64,000 nucleotides of DNA, from positions 31,344,912 to 31,408,911 of the forward strand of contig NC_092675.1 in NCBI RefSeq assembly GCF_964355755.1, in the 5' to 3' direction. Each line of letters starts with the position of its first letter. Positions within the stretch are counted from its first letter, which is position 1. Below the pieces are notes generated by a model. It had not been told where the DNA came from and searched no databases. It worked only from the letters and a program-made list of their open reading frames with translations. Shown piece by piece: positions 11,301 to 23,400 of this stretch. Made by a program: the position numbers and the translations under genes. The DNA comes from Antedon mediterranea (Eukaryota; Animalia; Echinodermata).

Positions 11301-14300
11301 AAATTAGTATTGAAACACCACGGCAAATTAGTAATGAAACACCACGGCAAATTACAGAATGCCACGGCGGAAGTGAGTTACCACGGCGGAAGTGAAACCT
11401 TTGGAATCTTCGATTTTTTTCTGAGGTAAGTAATTATTTGTGCATTGAAGTAAATATTTTTAACTGCAGCATTTACGTGTTTATTGCACCACGCCTAGCT
11501 ATGCCTACTACTAGCCCTAGGCCTTAAGCCTACAGTAGTAGCTAGGTCTACTGTAAAAAAAACTTTTTATATAAAAAACAGATTACTGTAAATATATTAA
11601 AACATTGTAGAATGTTATAGGGCCTAGGCCTACCTTGTAATAAGGCCTATGGTCTAGCCCGGCCTAGAAAGTTCAAGAAGAGTGCAATAAACACGTAAAC
11701 TGCTGCAGTTAAATAAATTAATATAATATTTACATCAATGCACAAATAATTACTTACCTCAGAAAAAATCGAATATTCCAAAGGTTTCACTTCCGCCGTG
11801 GTAACTCACTTCCGCCGTGGCATTCTGTAATTTGCCGTGGTGTTTCATTATTAATTTGCCGTGGTGTTTCAATACTAATTTGGATTGGTGTTTCATTTTT
11901 AAGTTGCCCTGGTATTTTTGTTAAATTGCCGCGATGTTTTATTTTTAATTTGCCGTGATATTTTATTTTTAATTTGCCGTGGCTTTTTTCAAATTGCCGT
12001 GGCTTTTTTCAAATTGCCGTGACTTTTTTCAAATTGCCGTGGCTTTTTTTGAAAAAATTGCCGTGATATTTTTTGAAAGTTGCCGTGACACTTATAGGCC
12101 ACCGTAATTATTTCTTCTAAAGTTCTAACCAATTTTGGTCACTCAAATCCTCCTCAAAACACGGGCTGACGTGTGACGTCAGCATCTTCTAGAAGCTCTC
12201 TCAGCCCTCCCCTATTGTGCGTGCGCCCATGTGTGACACATGTAAACACGATCAAATATCTTTCTTAATTATTTTAAAATGACACTTTGTAACTTATTAT
12301 CAATATTTTAATGGCTGTTGCATGTTAGAATTGTATAATTTATGAATCGCAGGTAAATACTTTTCAGGTTTTCTGTCTGATTTCTAGGCCAACAAGCTAG
12401 GCTAGAAAAGCTAGGCTAAAAGGCATAGTTGGCCAGGACAGGATTCTCCAGGCTCCTGAAACCCAATCTACCCAGGCCATAACAAAAAAAATTGGCTTGA
12501 GTTTTTTTACTGTAGAATAATACGATCCCCACGGAAAATATTGTGTGTGAAGGTGGGTGTGGGGGATTTTAGGGGAGAGGTACAGTATACATTTGTTGTG
12601 CCCGGCAGGGGGGAGGGGGGTTATCCCCACCCCTGTCGGGCAAAAAAAAATTGTACAAAAAATTAATAAGGGCCAGCCATTTTTAATAAGGGCGACCATC
12701 CTTCAACTTCAACTGGCCCTGCTGGCCACTATGGTTTAAAGGTTAATTTTCAGCCCTGATATTCATAAAAATTATAAAGCAAAAAAATACAAGTTAGTAT
12801 AAAATATACAGGTAATACATAGCTATATTTCAAGACTAAAAATTCTGTATTATTAACAATATTGTTTAAACAAAATTTTAAAATAAAATTTTTCTGTGTA
12901 TCCACATTCATTCCTGTAATAAGTTAGTATAGTGATCCTAACAGTAACACATAAAAGCTTAATTGTTGTATTCTCCAATATGAATTTATCGTTGGCAGAT
13001 AACACAGTAGTAATACCGCTACAATGCTATTCTACAGTATTTTGGTATTATTCATATAAAAAAAATTGTATCTATCAAAAATACATGCAAGTTGCTGAAT
13101 GTATTTTTGTTTTTAATATTCTGTGTGATAGTGATAAATACAAAATAGTATCATCATCCTATTAACCTTTTAAAACTACTTAAGCAAAATTTGTCATAGA
13201 AAATCTTAATTGTAAATTATGTAAACAACATTTTAATTTATAATTAATAATGAAACTGTTTTGTTCAATTGCAAGTTATTAAGATATTCGTAAATTGTTC
13301 AAGATTCAGGTAGGCAATCAGAGCAAATGAAGAATTGTGAACGATGATACAATTAATCAATAAAGGCAAGTTCTGTAACGAACAGTGATGATGTAATGAC
13401 GTACATAAGCCACGTTAATGCATCTATAATCAGAATTTTCTTTGCACATAATTGCAGTTACGGTATGTTATCATTTTTCACAACTACAAAATATTTAATG
13501 TCAATAATTCTTAATAACAATGTATTATTGCTTATAATAAAATAATATGACAGGGTGTGGCACTGCAACAATCTGTTTTAGTAACATTGAGTTGTAGAAT
13601 GACAGAAAAATTCAACAATTAACAAAAGTGGAATAAAACAATTTAGAACTGAACCAGTTATACAAATTAATATTTTGTTTAAAATAGTTCATTTAGTTAA
13701 AACCAAAGTTATAAGATGTGTTCTGTGTATCCTTTCCAAAAGAAACAAATCAAAAACCAAATTATATTGATAGTTAATACATTTTTTTGATAAATATTGG
13801 TACAATTCTGCATCACCAATATAAGTTCCAAATGTTGAAATAAAAACAATATATTTGCAAATTGTAGGATTAATCATTAATTTATAAAGTACAGTTAATG
13901 TACATTATATCATAATATCTCTTTGGGAAATCTGGAGGTGCCAATTGTTTTATTCATGCATTTCTATATAAATGCTGGTATATTCTGAGAGAGGCAGATG
14001 GTACTGATAAAATTCGCTTTTTTATTAGTGATCCGCTGTACTGTGAGATATCACTTTTGTTTTTCTTTAGATTTTTATTTATTACTAGTGACACGCAACA
14101 TTCTTTATTCTCTTTATTCTTTATTCACAACCAACAGCAGAGAGCAAAGCACCAATGACAGGTAGATAATAAAACATAAATTAATATAATTTCATTCGAA
14201 CCACATTTAAATTTAGAAAGACTAAAGTTAAAAATATTAGAATTTTTTGATAAAAGACAGGAATTATACGACGCACCTGCAGAAGATGTTATTGAAGTTT

Positions 14301-15113
14301 CTAATTTATTAAATTAGGCCTATTCAACAAATATTTTTTATATTATATTAGAAATAGAAACGTATTCTGTATTGTTTTGTATTATTTATTGCATTGATTC
14401 TAGAATTTGTAATAAGAAATTAAAAACAATTGTTACAATAAGCAATATCTACTCTAATACTAGTAAATCTGACATGCAATCCTCTCTCTGTTGTAAAACG
14501 GCCGAGAGTGCGAAGCTACTACAATTATTAAGGCATACTAGCTTACCTTTTAGGCGGGACTGGTCTCTTGCCCCCCTGGTGGCCCAGATGAAGTGTGATA
14601 CACAGAAGAGCAGGGAAAAATTTCATTTGAAAATTTTGTTTAGCAAAATTGCTAATCAAACTGATTTTTTAGTCAAGAAAGATAGTTTTGTATTGTATTT
14701 TTTGCTACACAATTGTAGAAATGTGTAGCAAAAAGGTTGTTTTGTATAGCTTTTTGCTATGCTACACTGGCGAAATTATTCCCTGAAGAGTACGAACAGT
14801 CCACTCCGATGTGTTTTTGATTGACCTTGTCCTTGCCCTCTGTTTGCCTCTTTTATTTTACAAAGCTTAGTCCTAACTACGCACATTTTCATTACATGCC
14901 TGCTCTAGGCGCAGGGCTAGGCGTACTAAAATATTGATCATAATAATATACAACTTAACAAATATATGATTTTAAAGTTAACCATAAACTTAGATATACA
15001 GCTAGGCTATGCCCTACCTCATTCTCTTTATTATTTCGTATGCCTCGGACCAAGTCCTGCAAGTTCTTATCAAAAACTCTCTCGAGGCTACCCTTCACTT
15101 TCTTCAATGCCAT
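2328..15113 (-). CDS. AP3D1: AP-3 complex subunit delta-1, 5' part (about 302 aa in window; continues beyond the left end)
   Basis: Exons read by hand with GT-AG and consistent phase: 15113-15018 (MALKKVKGSLERVFDKNLQDLVRGIRNNKENE), 10278-10183 (AKFIASCIDEIKLELRQDSIAIKSNAVAKLTY), 9683-9522 (LQLLGYDVSWAAFNIIEVMSS...TTNMIRK), 9139-9032 or 8744-8637 (duplicated exon 4), 7005-6940 (MASTRPYVRKKAVLLMYKIFLK), 6014-5811 (FPEALRPAFPRLKEKLEDPDPGVQSAAVNVICELARKNPKNY...IKIIKL), 4933-4860 (FGALTPLEPRLGKKLIEPLTNLIH), 3886-3837 (STSAMSLLYECINTVIA), 2377-2328 (VLISLSSGIPDHSASIQ). Closely matches the N-terminus of delta-adaptin as recalled. Confidence 0.97.
6302..6902. repeat. Compound minisatellite: constant core plus variable (TATCT)n, about 12 units
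   Basis: tagatagcttaatattaggtctatacatttt followed by a variable number of tatct pentamers. Confidence 0.95.
7377..7465. repeat. 21-bp tandem repeat x4
   Basis: Unit gcatattcattatacaatca[c/t]. Confidence 0.9.
8108..8238. repeat. 19-bp tandem repeat x7; each unit gives UGCAUG on the AP3D1 sense strand
   Basis: Unit cttgatcatgcagcttgat; catgca at 8114, 8133, 8152, 8171, 8190, 8209 and 8228. Confidence 0.95.
8637..8744 (-). CDS. AP3D1: AP3D1 exon 4b (duplicated, probably mutually exclusive): DVNSFQQYDAGVAMTGLACFISPDLARDLANDLMTL
   Basis: 108 nt, phase 0-0, acceptor tctttctcatag, donor gtgagt, no stop codon; 20/36 aa identical to exon 4a. Confidence 0.92.
9032..9139 (-). CDS. AP3D1: AP3D1 exon 4a (duplicated, probably mutually exclusive): ELSSQQMYDTAIALNGLSCFLTSDLARDLANDIMAL
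   Basis: 108 nt, phase 0-0, acceptor ttttccag, donor gtaagt, no stop codon. Confidence 0.92.
9688..9922. repeat. ~48-bp tandem repeat x5 abutting the AP3D1 exon 3 acceptor
   Basis: Unit aatcataacaatacattgttttagcatatttcaatacatttaagaagt. Confidence 0.93.
10470..12758. mobile_element. Non-autonomous hAT-like DNA transposon (about 1.2 kb core) with 6-bp TSD, carrying a nested insertion
   Basis: TIRs cagggctgaaaattaac / gttaattttcagccctg; TSD atattc at 10464-10469 and 12759-12764; second copy at 29091-30283. Confidence 0.9.
11038..12106. mobile_element. Foldback-type element with about 430-450-bp inverted arms built of tandem cacggcaa subrepeats; TAC...GTA ends and 6-bp TSD (IS3EU-like)
   Basis: Ends tacggtggcctataagtgtcacggcaac / gttgccgtgacacttataggccaccgta; TSD attatt at 11032-11037 and 12107-12112. 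The sister host copy near 29760 shows the empty site with a single attatt. Confidence 0.88.
14611..14785. mobile_element. 175-bp hAT-like MITE with 5-bp TSD
   Basis: TIRs cagggaaaaatttc / gaaattattccctg; aagag on both flanks (14606-14610, 14786-14790). Confidence 0.8.
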
Positions 15114-15325
15114 TTTAAGAACAGGATTTTAACTACAAAATCAGTCAACAAACGTTAAATAAGTTTCCCGTTATAAACAATGAATCCAAAAAATGTCCGC
15201 TGCGTAATGTTTAAACCTGGATATTAAACCATTACTAATGGCAAAATAAACTTCTAGGCTAGGCTGGGCTAGGCTCAGCCAGACACTCTTTCCTAGATTT
15301 TTTACAGTCAAATAATGGCTGTCGA

Positions 15326-15333
15326 TCATGTGA
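15326..15333. promoter_or_regulatory. M-box/E-box (TCATGTGA) in the AP3D1 promoter region
   Basis: gatcatgtgatc about 210 bp upstream of the AP3D1 ATG, inside a CpG-richer segment (about 15190-15430). Confidence 0.35.
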
Positions 15334-16685
15334 TCAATAGAAGACACGTAGCTCTTGCGCCTGACCTTTCGCTAAACTCTATTTCGCTCGAGTTTTGCGG
15401 GGAGATTGCTCTGTCGTCGTGGAGGGCAGCAACCTCAATTTTTAATATAAAACCAAAGATATTATATTATTTTCTTGTTAAAGTTCATCTCCATTACATG
15501 CATGTAAATAACAGCCTCAGTAAATAAAGTTAAAATAAATCTTGTATGCATTGATTCATACTATATATTGCTTCATTTGTGATATGTATAATAATAAACA
15601 AGAAGTATTTCAAAAAACACTGCTCATCTCATGATAAACTACATCTATACACGCATCTCAATATTTATCAGAAAATGTTTTCAGACTCTTTTTCCGGATG
15701 TGCTTCGGGGTGTGCGAATGCCCAGTCCGAGTTTCGAAAAAAACCATTTTGTCATCCGTAGTAAACTATAAGCTACCGCATGGTACAGTTTCTTAATGCT
15801 TCCGTTCTCTTGAATATAAATGAGCAGCGCCACTCTTTGGTCACAAAGTAAACAACACAAACTGATTCCACCACTGCAGTTTATTATCAAATATACAGAC
15901 ATAAAGTCAAGGCTAAAACTCTTGATTTATTGCCACATCAAAATTAATCTTAGCAGAATAAATACTAGACAAAGTACCCTACTTACAACAGTCAACATTT
16001 ACCTACATTTATATAGTAATTTGTGGTCCTGTGTCTTGGTGGTCTTATATCGTTTAACCTTAAGGATTGGGGTTCAAATTCAGTGAAAATCCATTCCTTT
16101 AAAATCAATCTACATCTTGAATGTATTATATGCTTGGGTTTCTTTACAAATGAGGTTATTTTCTAAATATTAATGTCCTACAAAAATGTATTGTAATATT
16201 ATCTATTTATAAATAAATATGTAGTATATAAAACTATCACTATGATTAGAAACAAAACATTCATTATTGCACTAGCAATTGTAATAACTACACAGCAGAT
16301 ACACCACCTGTATATGCATTTCACATTTATAATTATGCAAATAAATAACAGAGATAATTTACATAGAATTCTATGACATGGCACAACAAAGATAAAACTA
16401 AACTATTGGCGGTTCAACATTATTGTCATTTGTAAAAAAAAGTTTGTCAGCATATTAGCTAATACTTATTAACAAATAAGCAACTACAAACTTGACTTAT
16501 ACAGTAAATAAAGTTTTCAACTAAATATTAATAGTAAGGAGTAAGCTACTTAAACATGGATCGGAATAAAGCATAGCATGAGATATGTATCCAAATGGCA
16601 AGGACAGATTATAGGTGTGTCATAATAATTAAATAATAAGTTATGAACTAAGTAATGTAATGTAACACTTAATCATGGGGAGGGG

Positions 16686-16875
16686 GGATGGATTGGAATA
16701 AGGTATATGATACATAAAACAAAGGATAGACATAGCTAGTGTGTTATAAGGGATGGATTGGAATAAAGTATGGCATATGACACATAAACCAAAGGATATA
16801 CATAGCTAGTGTGTTATAAGGGATGGATTGGAATAAAGTATGGCATATGACACATAAACCAAAGGATATACATAG
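16686..16875. repeat. ~61-bp tandem repeat x3 (TTC39 3' UTR or intergenic)
   Basis: Unit gggatggattggaataaagtatggcatatgacacataaaccaaaggatatacatagctagtgtgttataa. Confidence 0.85.
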
Positions 16876-17421
16876 TGTAGTGCATGATAGTAAGAATATT
16901 CTTCATGTGCACACTTTTCTACTAATACTTAATGTAGAAATTGAGAATTAAATATTCTTGTTGACAATTGAATTTAATACAAAAATAATGTGTCTCTATT
17001 ATGGTGGTTTACTTGTATTCAACTATATTTTCATTCGTATTCAATCATTTATTTAAGTCTAACATGATTTTCAATATATTTCAATCAGCAAGTTATTTAA
17101 TTATGGGAATAAATTAAATGTTTACAAGAAAAAAGAATTAAAACATTATACATATATATATATATCATATCCCCTTTCACTATATGTATCATATCTTCAT
17201 TACCGTATTTCAATTCTTTCATATTTTGTACAGATATATTGTTTTATATAAAAAGTAAAATCCAGGATCTATTGGCTGTAAAGCAACTTCTTGTACAAAG
17301 AGGTACAAAATATTCGTCTCATAATAATGTACCTCTTTGTAACATCAACTTATTTACTTCACTCTCTCTAGTTTTATATACAACTCTATGGTAAACACCA
17401 CAATAAATATTTTAATACATC

Positions 17422-20400
17422 TTATACAGCAGGTAGACTATTTAACCTTTGATCTCCATTTGACAACCTATGACCTTTAGCACTACTATTAGAAATAATA
17501 TCATTTCTTGAATCCAGACTCACACTATCTGACAGATTTAAACTGCACTTTTCTGCTTCAGCTCTCAATTCAGAAGCATTAGATGCGGCTCCTTGGAGAC
17601 TAGCAGTGTCGATTTCATCATCATCCAGATCGCCATTGAGGTCGCCCATCTTTTTCTTGATTGCATTCATTGCTGAATGCATTCGGAAATGTAAGCGATT
17701 CTCTAAAGGATACTTCCTGTAGTTGTGCCTAAATAAGGAAAAATATTATACAATATCTTTTACAATATCACATTAGGTTTTAAAAAATAAAGTAGTAGGG
17801 TCGAGTGTCTAAGTGGCACATTGCTTTACTCTCAGATTATTAAAGGTTTTAGATTTAGTAATGAATAGATTGGGGGACTTCTGTTATACATGACTTTTCG
17901 ACAGAGCTTATTAGTTGTTGTAAACTGAACAATTTTATGTGCTTAGTTTTAGATTGGAACAAATCGCAAGTTGGCAGAACTTACCTTGCTTTTTTCAAAT
18001 ATTGCTTGGCTTCCTGGTCACGACCATAATCCATGTAAAGCAACGCCAGTTCGACAAGTGAGTATGGTGCAAGGTAATTCTCATGTCTAAATCGCTCCTC
18101 ACTGAAAACAAAAGCAAGCAAATTATATCGAAAATGCTCACTGAAACTAAATATTGCATCTCTATATAAATACTGGTTCTTGGAACAATATTATTAGTAT
18201 ACAGAAACCAAACGGAGAAAAAAACAAGGTTGAAATTGAAATACTTACTGATAGTTGACTTCTTGGAAACAAAGTTCAGCCTGTGAAGGTCTTTTTAAGT
18301 AACGCAGACACATTCCTTTGAGAAGCATTGCCAAGCCGTATGAATCATAGTAATTCGGGTTACTATCTGTTGAAATACAATAAACATCATTTAATCATGA
18401 ACAAAGGCATTAAATTAAATGTGAGGCATCAGATGTATCTAATATCATTTGGTAATATTAAGGTGTAATTATGCAATGAATGTTATTGCTATTCTACAAC
18501 ATGTCCGTTGTGTGTACAGTAATTTTGCCTCTGTTATAAAAGAGAAACAATAATTTTAAAGTACACATAGAAATATGGTAGTATATAAATTATGAAAAAA
18601 AAAATAGTTATAAGATATGGAATTAATTGTTTCAAAAAGTGGAATTCCAGCTCTATCAAAAATGGAAATTGCTCTTACCTTTGGTCTGAACAATCTTTCT
18701 TAATTTAGTTTCCAAAAGATTCATAACTGGTTCCAAAAGGTCTTTGTTTGTTCCCAATATGGTGAACCCATTCCACACATAGATCAATTCCTAGTACAAT
18801 ATAAACACATTTGCAATTTAGAAAATAACATCTAGCATACTGACAAAATACTGTTTGAAAATAATGACAAAATACTTTTAAATGTTCATATTTGATTACT
18901 TGTACATGTACTTCGCAGAATTAGGCTAAGATGTTTTTACAGGCCAAGACACATATTTAAGGTTATATTTATAGATTTAACATTTATGACTTGAGTTTCA
19001 GTCTTGGGATTTTAAGTATAAATTTATGTTATTTAAGTTTATTATAATATTTTCTAAATACTAACCAAGCCGGCTAAGGAGTTATGCGTCCCATATGAGC
19101 TAAACTTTTTAGCTTTGTGAACTGCAAACTTTTCATAAGGTACAGACTTGCCAGCAATGCGTTGTTTATACTTCTCAACTTTACCATACATCTCCATAAT
19201 CTGCTCGTGTTTTACTTGTGATTGTTCAGGACACATGGTAAGGAATGAGGCTTGTTGATAATAGTATGTGCTCTAAATAAATTAGCATACAAAAACAATT
19301 AAAAAAAATATTAAAAATTATCATTATAAAAGCAATCTAAAAGATCCAGCAACTTGAATGATTACATTTCTTGGGTATGAAGTAAATGTGCAGAATAATT
19401 CTATTCTATACAAGTTTTTATATGGCGCCCTCTACAAAGAACAGAGCGCCTAACAATACTAGTAATTAAAACGAAAAGTTTTAAGTTGACGTTTAAATAG
19501 AGGTGCCGAAATTAATTAATTAGGTAAATGTATTAAACTGGAGTAGTATCCACATTTGGTTATTTTCAAAGACCAGTATGGCGTTACTTTTACAATTTGT
19601 ATCTTACCTTAGACCATCTACTTTCCTGACAAAGTTTCTCAGCATATTTACTGGCATTTAACCAATCCAATTTGAATGCATGACACCACATCAGCTCCCA
19701 GAAACAAAGATGATGGAACTGTTTCCATTCTTGCTGGGCTTCAATACATTGTTCAAATTTCTCAATAGCCTGAAATGTTGTATTACCAATTACTAAGATT
19801 ATGGCACTAGTTGTTTTAGAAAATGTCTTATTTTCTATGTAAGAATGTAAAGTAAAGCACCGTTATTCATGTTATACTGTCAATGAAAAATGTGTATGTT
19901 GTTGGTTTGTACTGCTTAAACTTATACAGTAGGCTCAATGTATTCTTAGAGAATGTTTTAATATTAGTATTATTATGTTGTATTCTTTCTTCTCCTTTAT
20001 GGGTGGACTGAGGTCACAGTAAGTTCATTGAACTTTAAGTAGTGACCCCTGTTTCAGTGTAATAATAACATGTTACGGAGTAGACTAAAATATATTTTTA
20101 AAAATACATATCATTGCTTGTTTGTAATTGTATTCTTTTTATTTTCCAAGTCCAATATTTAGTGTGTGCTCTGTAGCAGCAAAAAAAATAGTTTCTTGTG
20201 GTAAGCTCTTACAAAACTCTGGACACACCTAGAACATTATTATTTGTGGTCAGTTAACAAATAGAAAGAAACAAGGAACTGAATAAATCAAAATATTATC
20301 TAACCACATCTATATTTCCAGATATTTCTTCAACTCTTCCAGCATAAAACAGAAACAAGGCTCCATTGGGGTAGAGGTCTAAGCAAGGTGCAAGAACACG

Positions 20401-23400
20401 TCTGGCATACTCACGATCACCATCCGCAGTTCCTAATAAAAAAATATACATTTATGATTTGTACAGTGTTTCAATCATTTATTGATTAAACTGCAATCCT
20501 CAATATATTCAGCATGGCTATGTAAAAGGTTTTTTTAAATAACACTAAGTACAGAATTTTACCATTTTAAATTCTGAAAAGTATCTAAATTTTTTAATTG
20601 TAACTAATCATCATTCATTGAAAAATACACAATGTCTAAGGTATTGATTTTATTTCAAAACATCAACCATGCAATTATTATTTTTGGAATTGTAAAAACA
20701 TGTAGAAAATCATTAAAATAAATATCTCTCAGTTACCATGTTAAGCATGTGAAAACTGCTTATAATATTTGTATTTTTACAGATTTGATTTATTCTGCAG
20801 CAAAATTGACCTTGGTAATGCAATAGACAGGAGTACTAATGTTCAACAGCTGAAGTATCAACTACACTTACACCAAGAATTAATATCTGATTCACTTTCA
20901 TAGATATATGAAAAATATGATACATTTCACTAGTAACTTGAGTTAAACAATAAAAACAATGAATATGGTTTTAGCATACCAAATACATGTGTGATGATTG
21001 AGTGGAAGCAGATAAGCACAGAAGAGCATAGAGGAGCTCGTAAACTCTGAAGAACTCGTCCTTTTTCTAATTCTGCAAGTCCAAATTCCTACCAAAAAAA
21101 ATAAAGGTTTTTCTGTGGTTTGTTTATGTGTTAAGCGAGAGAGAGGAAATGATGATTCAAATACTGCATTAATCTTCATGAATTTATGGTAAAAATGATT
21201 TATTTTGAGCTTAACAAAAGATGAATGCCTTTTGTCTGTACACAGTTCTTCTTTTGTAAGTACTGTATAATTCTAAGCATTTGCGTTATGGCTTAAAATA
21301 GTGGAAAGCGTCGAGAGGCATACGCATATAACAATAATTAAAATATTTTACATAGAAATGTTAAATTGTATAAATGTAGTTTCAAAATTTTACCAACCCT
21401 GTTTCCTGAAAATCCAACAAATTCCAGTAATCGTAGAATTTTCTTTGGAAGCATAGATATCATCTGTACAAAATGCAAATAATATTACTTAATAGTTTTA
21501 TTAATACATATTTATTAACACACTTCTTTTAGTGGTATTCACACATGTAATGGTAGAAAGTTTACCAATAAGAGATCAGTCTCCTGGTGTACTAAGAGCA
21601 GAAGACGGCAAATGTGTTATGAGTGGTAAACCACATAAAATCACATAACTTCTTATTTGACGTTTCATAAATCCAAATTAAATAAAAGTCATAAAAGTGG
21701 ATCTTACCAGATTAAAAGTACCTATACCCAGTTTGACACCACTTTCATAATGTGTTCTGGACCGTTCATCACGCCAATTACGACTTTCCAAAAAGTTAAC
21801 ACATTCCCTTATAGTAACAAATTCAAATATCATTAATTTTCCAATAAATCTACTTATCAACTTTATGTTATCTAGTCTTAATGAAGGTCGTAGCGGGAGC
21901 AATCTACTTATCAACTTTATGTTATCTAGTCTTAATCAAGGTCGTAGGGGGAGCTTAAAAACAGCCGAGGCAAAGATGGTTTAAATATAATTATAAATAC
22001 ATGACGATCTGTTCTGGGGAATTGGGGTTGGTGGTGAAAATTTGTGGTGAAAATTGAAATTTTCAGACAAGGCAAGCACCTCATCTGCCTCCTGCTGGCT
22101 ATGGCCCTGTTAATGTACACGAATAAAGCCAATGAGTATCAGTGTCTTGATGTTTAACTGTGCTTACTTGTAGGAACTATAGCAACTTCTAATCTTCATT
22201 CCACCTTTAATAAAACTGACCAAATTCTCATCCTGAATAAATGACATCATAGCTCTCTGTAACAATGATTCAGCATAGCACAGTTCACCATGTACCTCCT
22301 CTAAAATAACAATAAATAACATAATATTTTCATCTCGGCTACTATGACGAGAGTATAATGAATTTATTTATTTCTGTCTATATTGTGAAGACACCTTCAG
22401 TATTGTAGTACTGATATCACTGGTGGATCATATAAACAAAATCAGACGTACACAATAAGTAAAATATTAAAAGAAAAGTAAAAATAAAATGGATAATTAC
22501 TGTACAGACATTATTAGTTATCCGCTTAGTAGCGGATAACTCCTTGTAATCGTCCTGTTTCATCCAATTTTTTTTTTTTTCCTGTATTATACTTCTTTCT
22601 TTCTGTCATTTTTGTGCGTCGCGTTTCTCTAAAACGTGTAAACAGAACATATCGTAACTTTGTCAACATATCGACATTTACATGAACTTGTGCACCTCCT
22701 ATTTTTGAATGACGTCAGAGTTGCGCAACGTGACTTACGCGCGATTTTATGAATTTCAATGATTGATCATAGACTAAAAACCAAACATAATTTTGTTTTG
22801 ACACTTTGTGAAAATTTAAGTCATATCAAGCGCAAACTTTCTATGGATTAAAAATAGCATGTTTAACAAGAAGTTACGCGCGTACGCGCGTTTAAAATTT
22901 TAGAAAGCGAAAAATCAACTTCTGATCAACTTTCTATGCGTTTCATGTCATTTTGAGCATGTCAAAAATTCCCACGCGCGCGAAAATTTTTACGCACGCG
23001 GTGCACACGTAGCGTTAAAAACATATTTTTTTCGCGTGATTTATGTTTTTTCAGCCTTTTCTAGTAATGTTACCAAATTTTAAACAATTTCGACTTAAAA
23101 TTACGTCATACGAGCACGTCGAATTAGATAATTTGCACGCGTTTTTGGTGAAAAAGTTCAAAAATTCGTCAAAATTATGCCTATTTTTAAACATTCATAG
23201 ATTCTAAACTACATGGGGAACTTTTTTTTAATTACATATTCTGGAAGTTGATGAGTTGTAGATATCGGATCATACATTAATATGGCTAACCGGACATTGT
23301 GACGTCATCGTATGGCCACGCGAATATAAAATATAGGATTTTTGTCTCTTTCGTCATAGCTCATCACATTTAATAGAGCGCATCTCCACTTATTCGTTGT

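Larger units (their letters stand above)
10388..12898. mobile_element. Degenerate ~200-bp MITE split by the 10470-12758 element
   Basis: 10388-10469 plus 12759-12898 together match the reverse complement of the intact MITE at 14611-14785. Confidence 0.7.

Noticed and set aside
14570-14584. CTCF-like motif cccccctggtggcc in AP3D1 intron 1
   Set aside because: Single imperfect match; cannot be supported without binding or conservation data.
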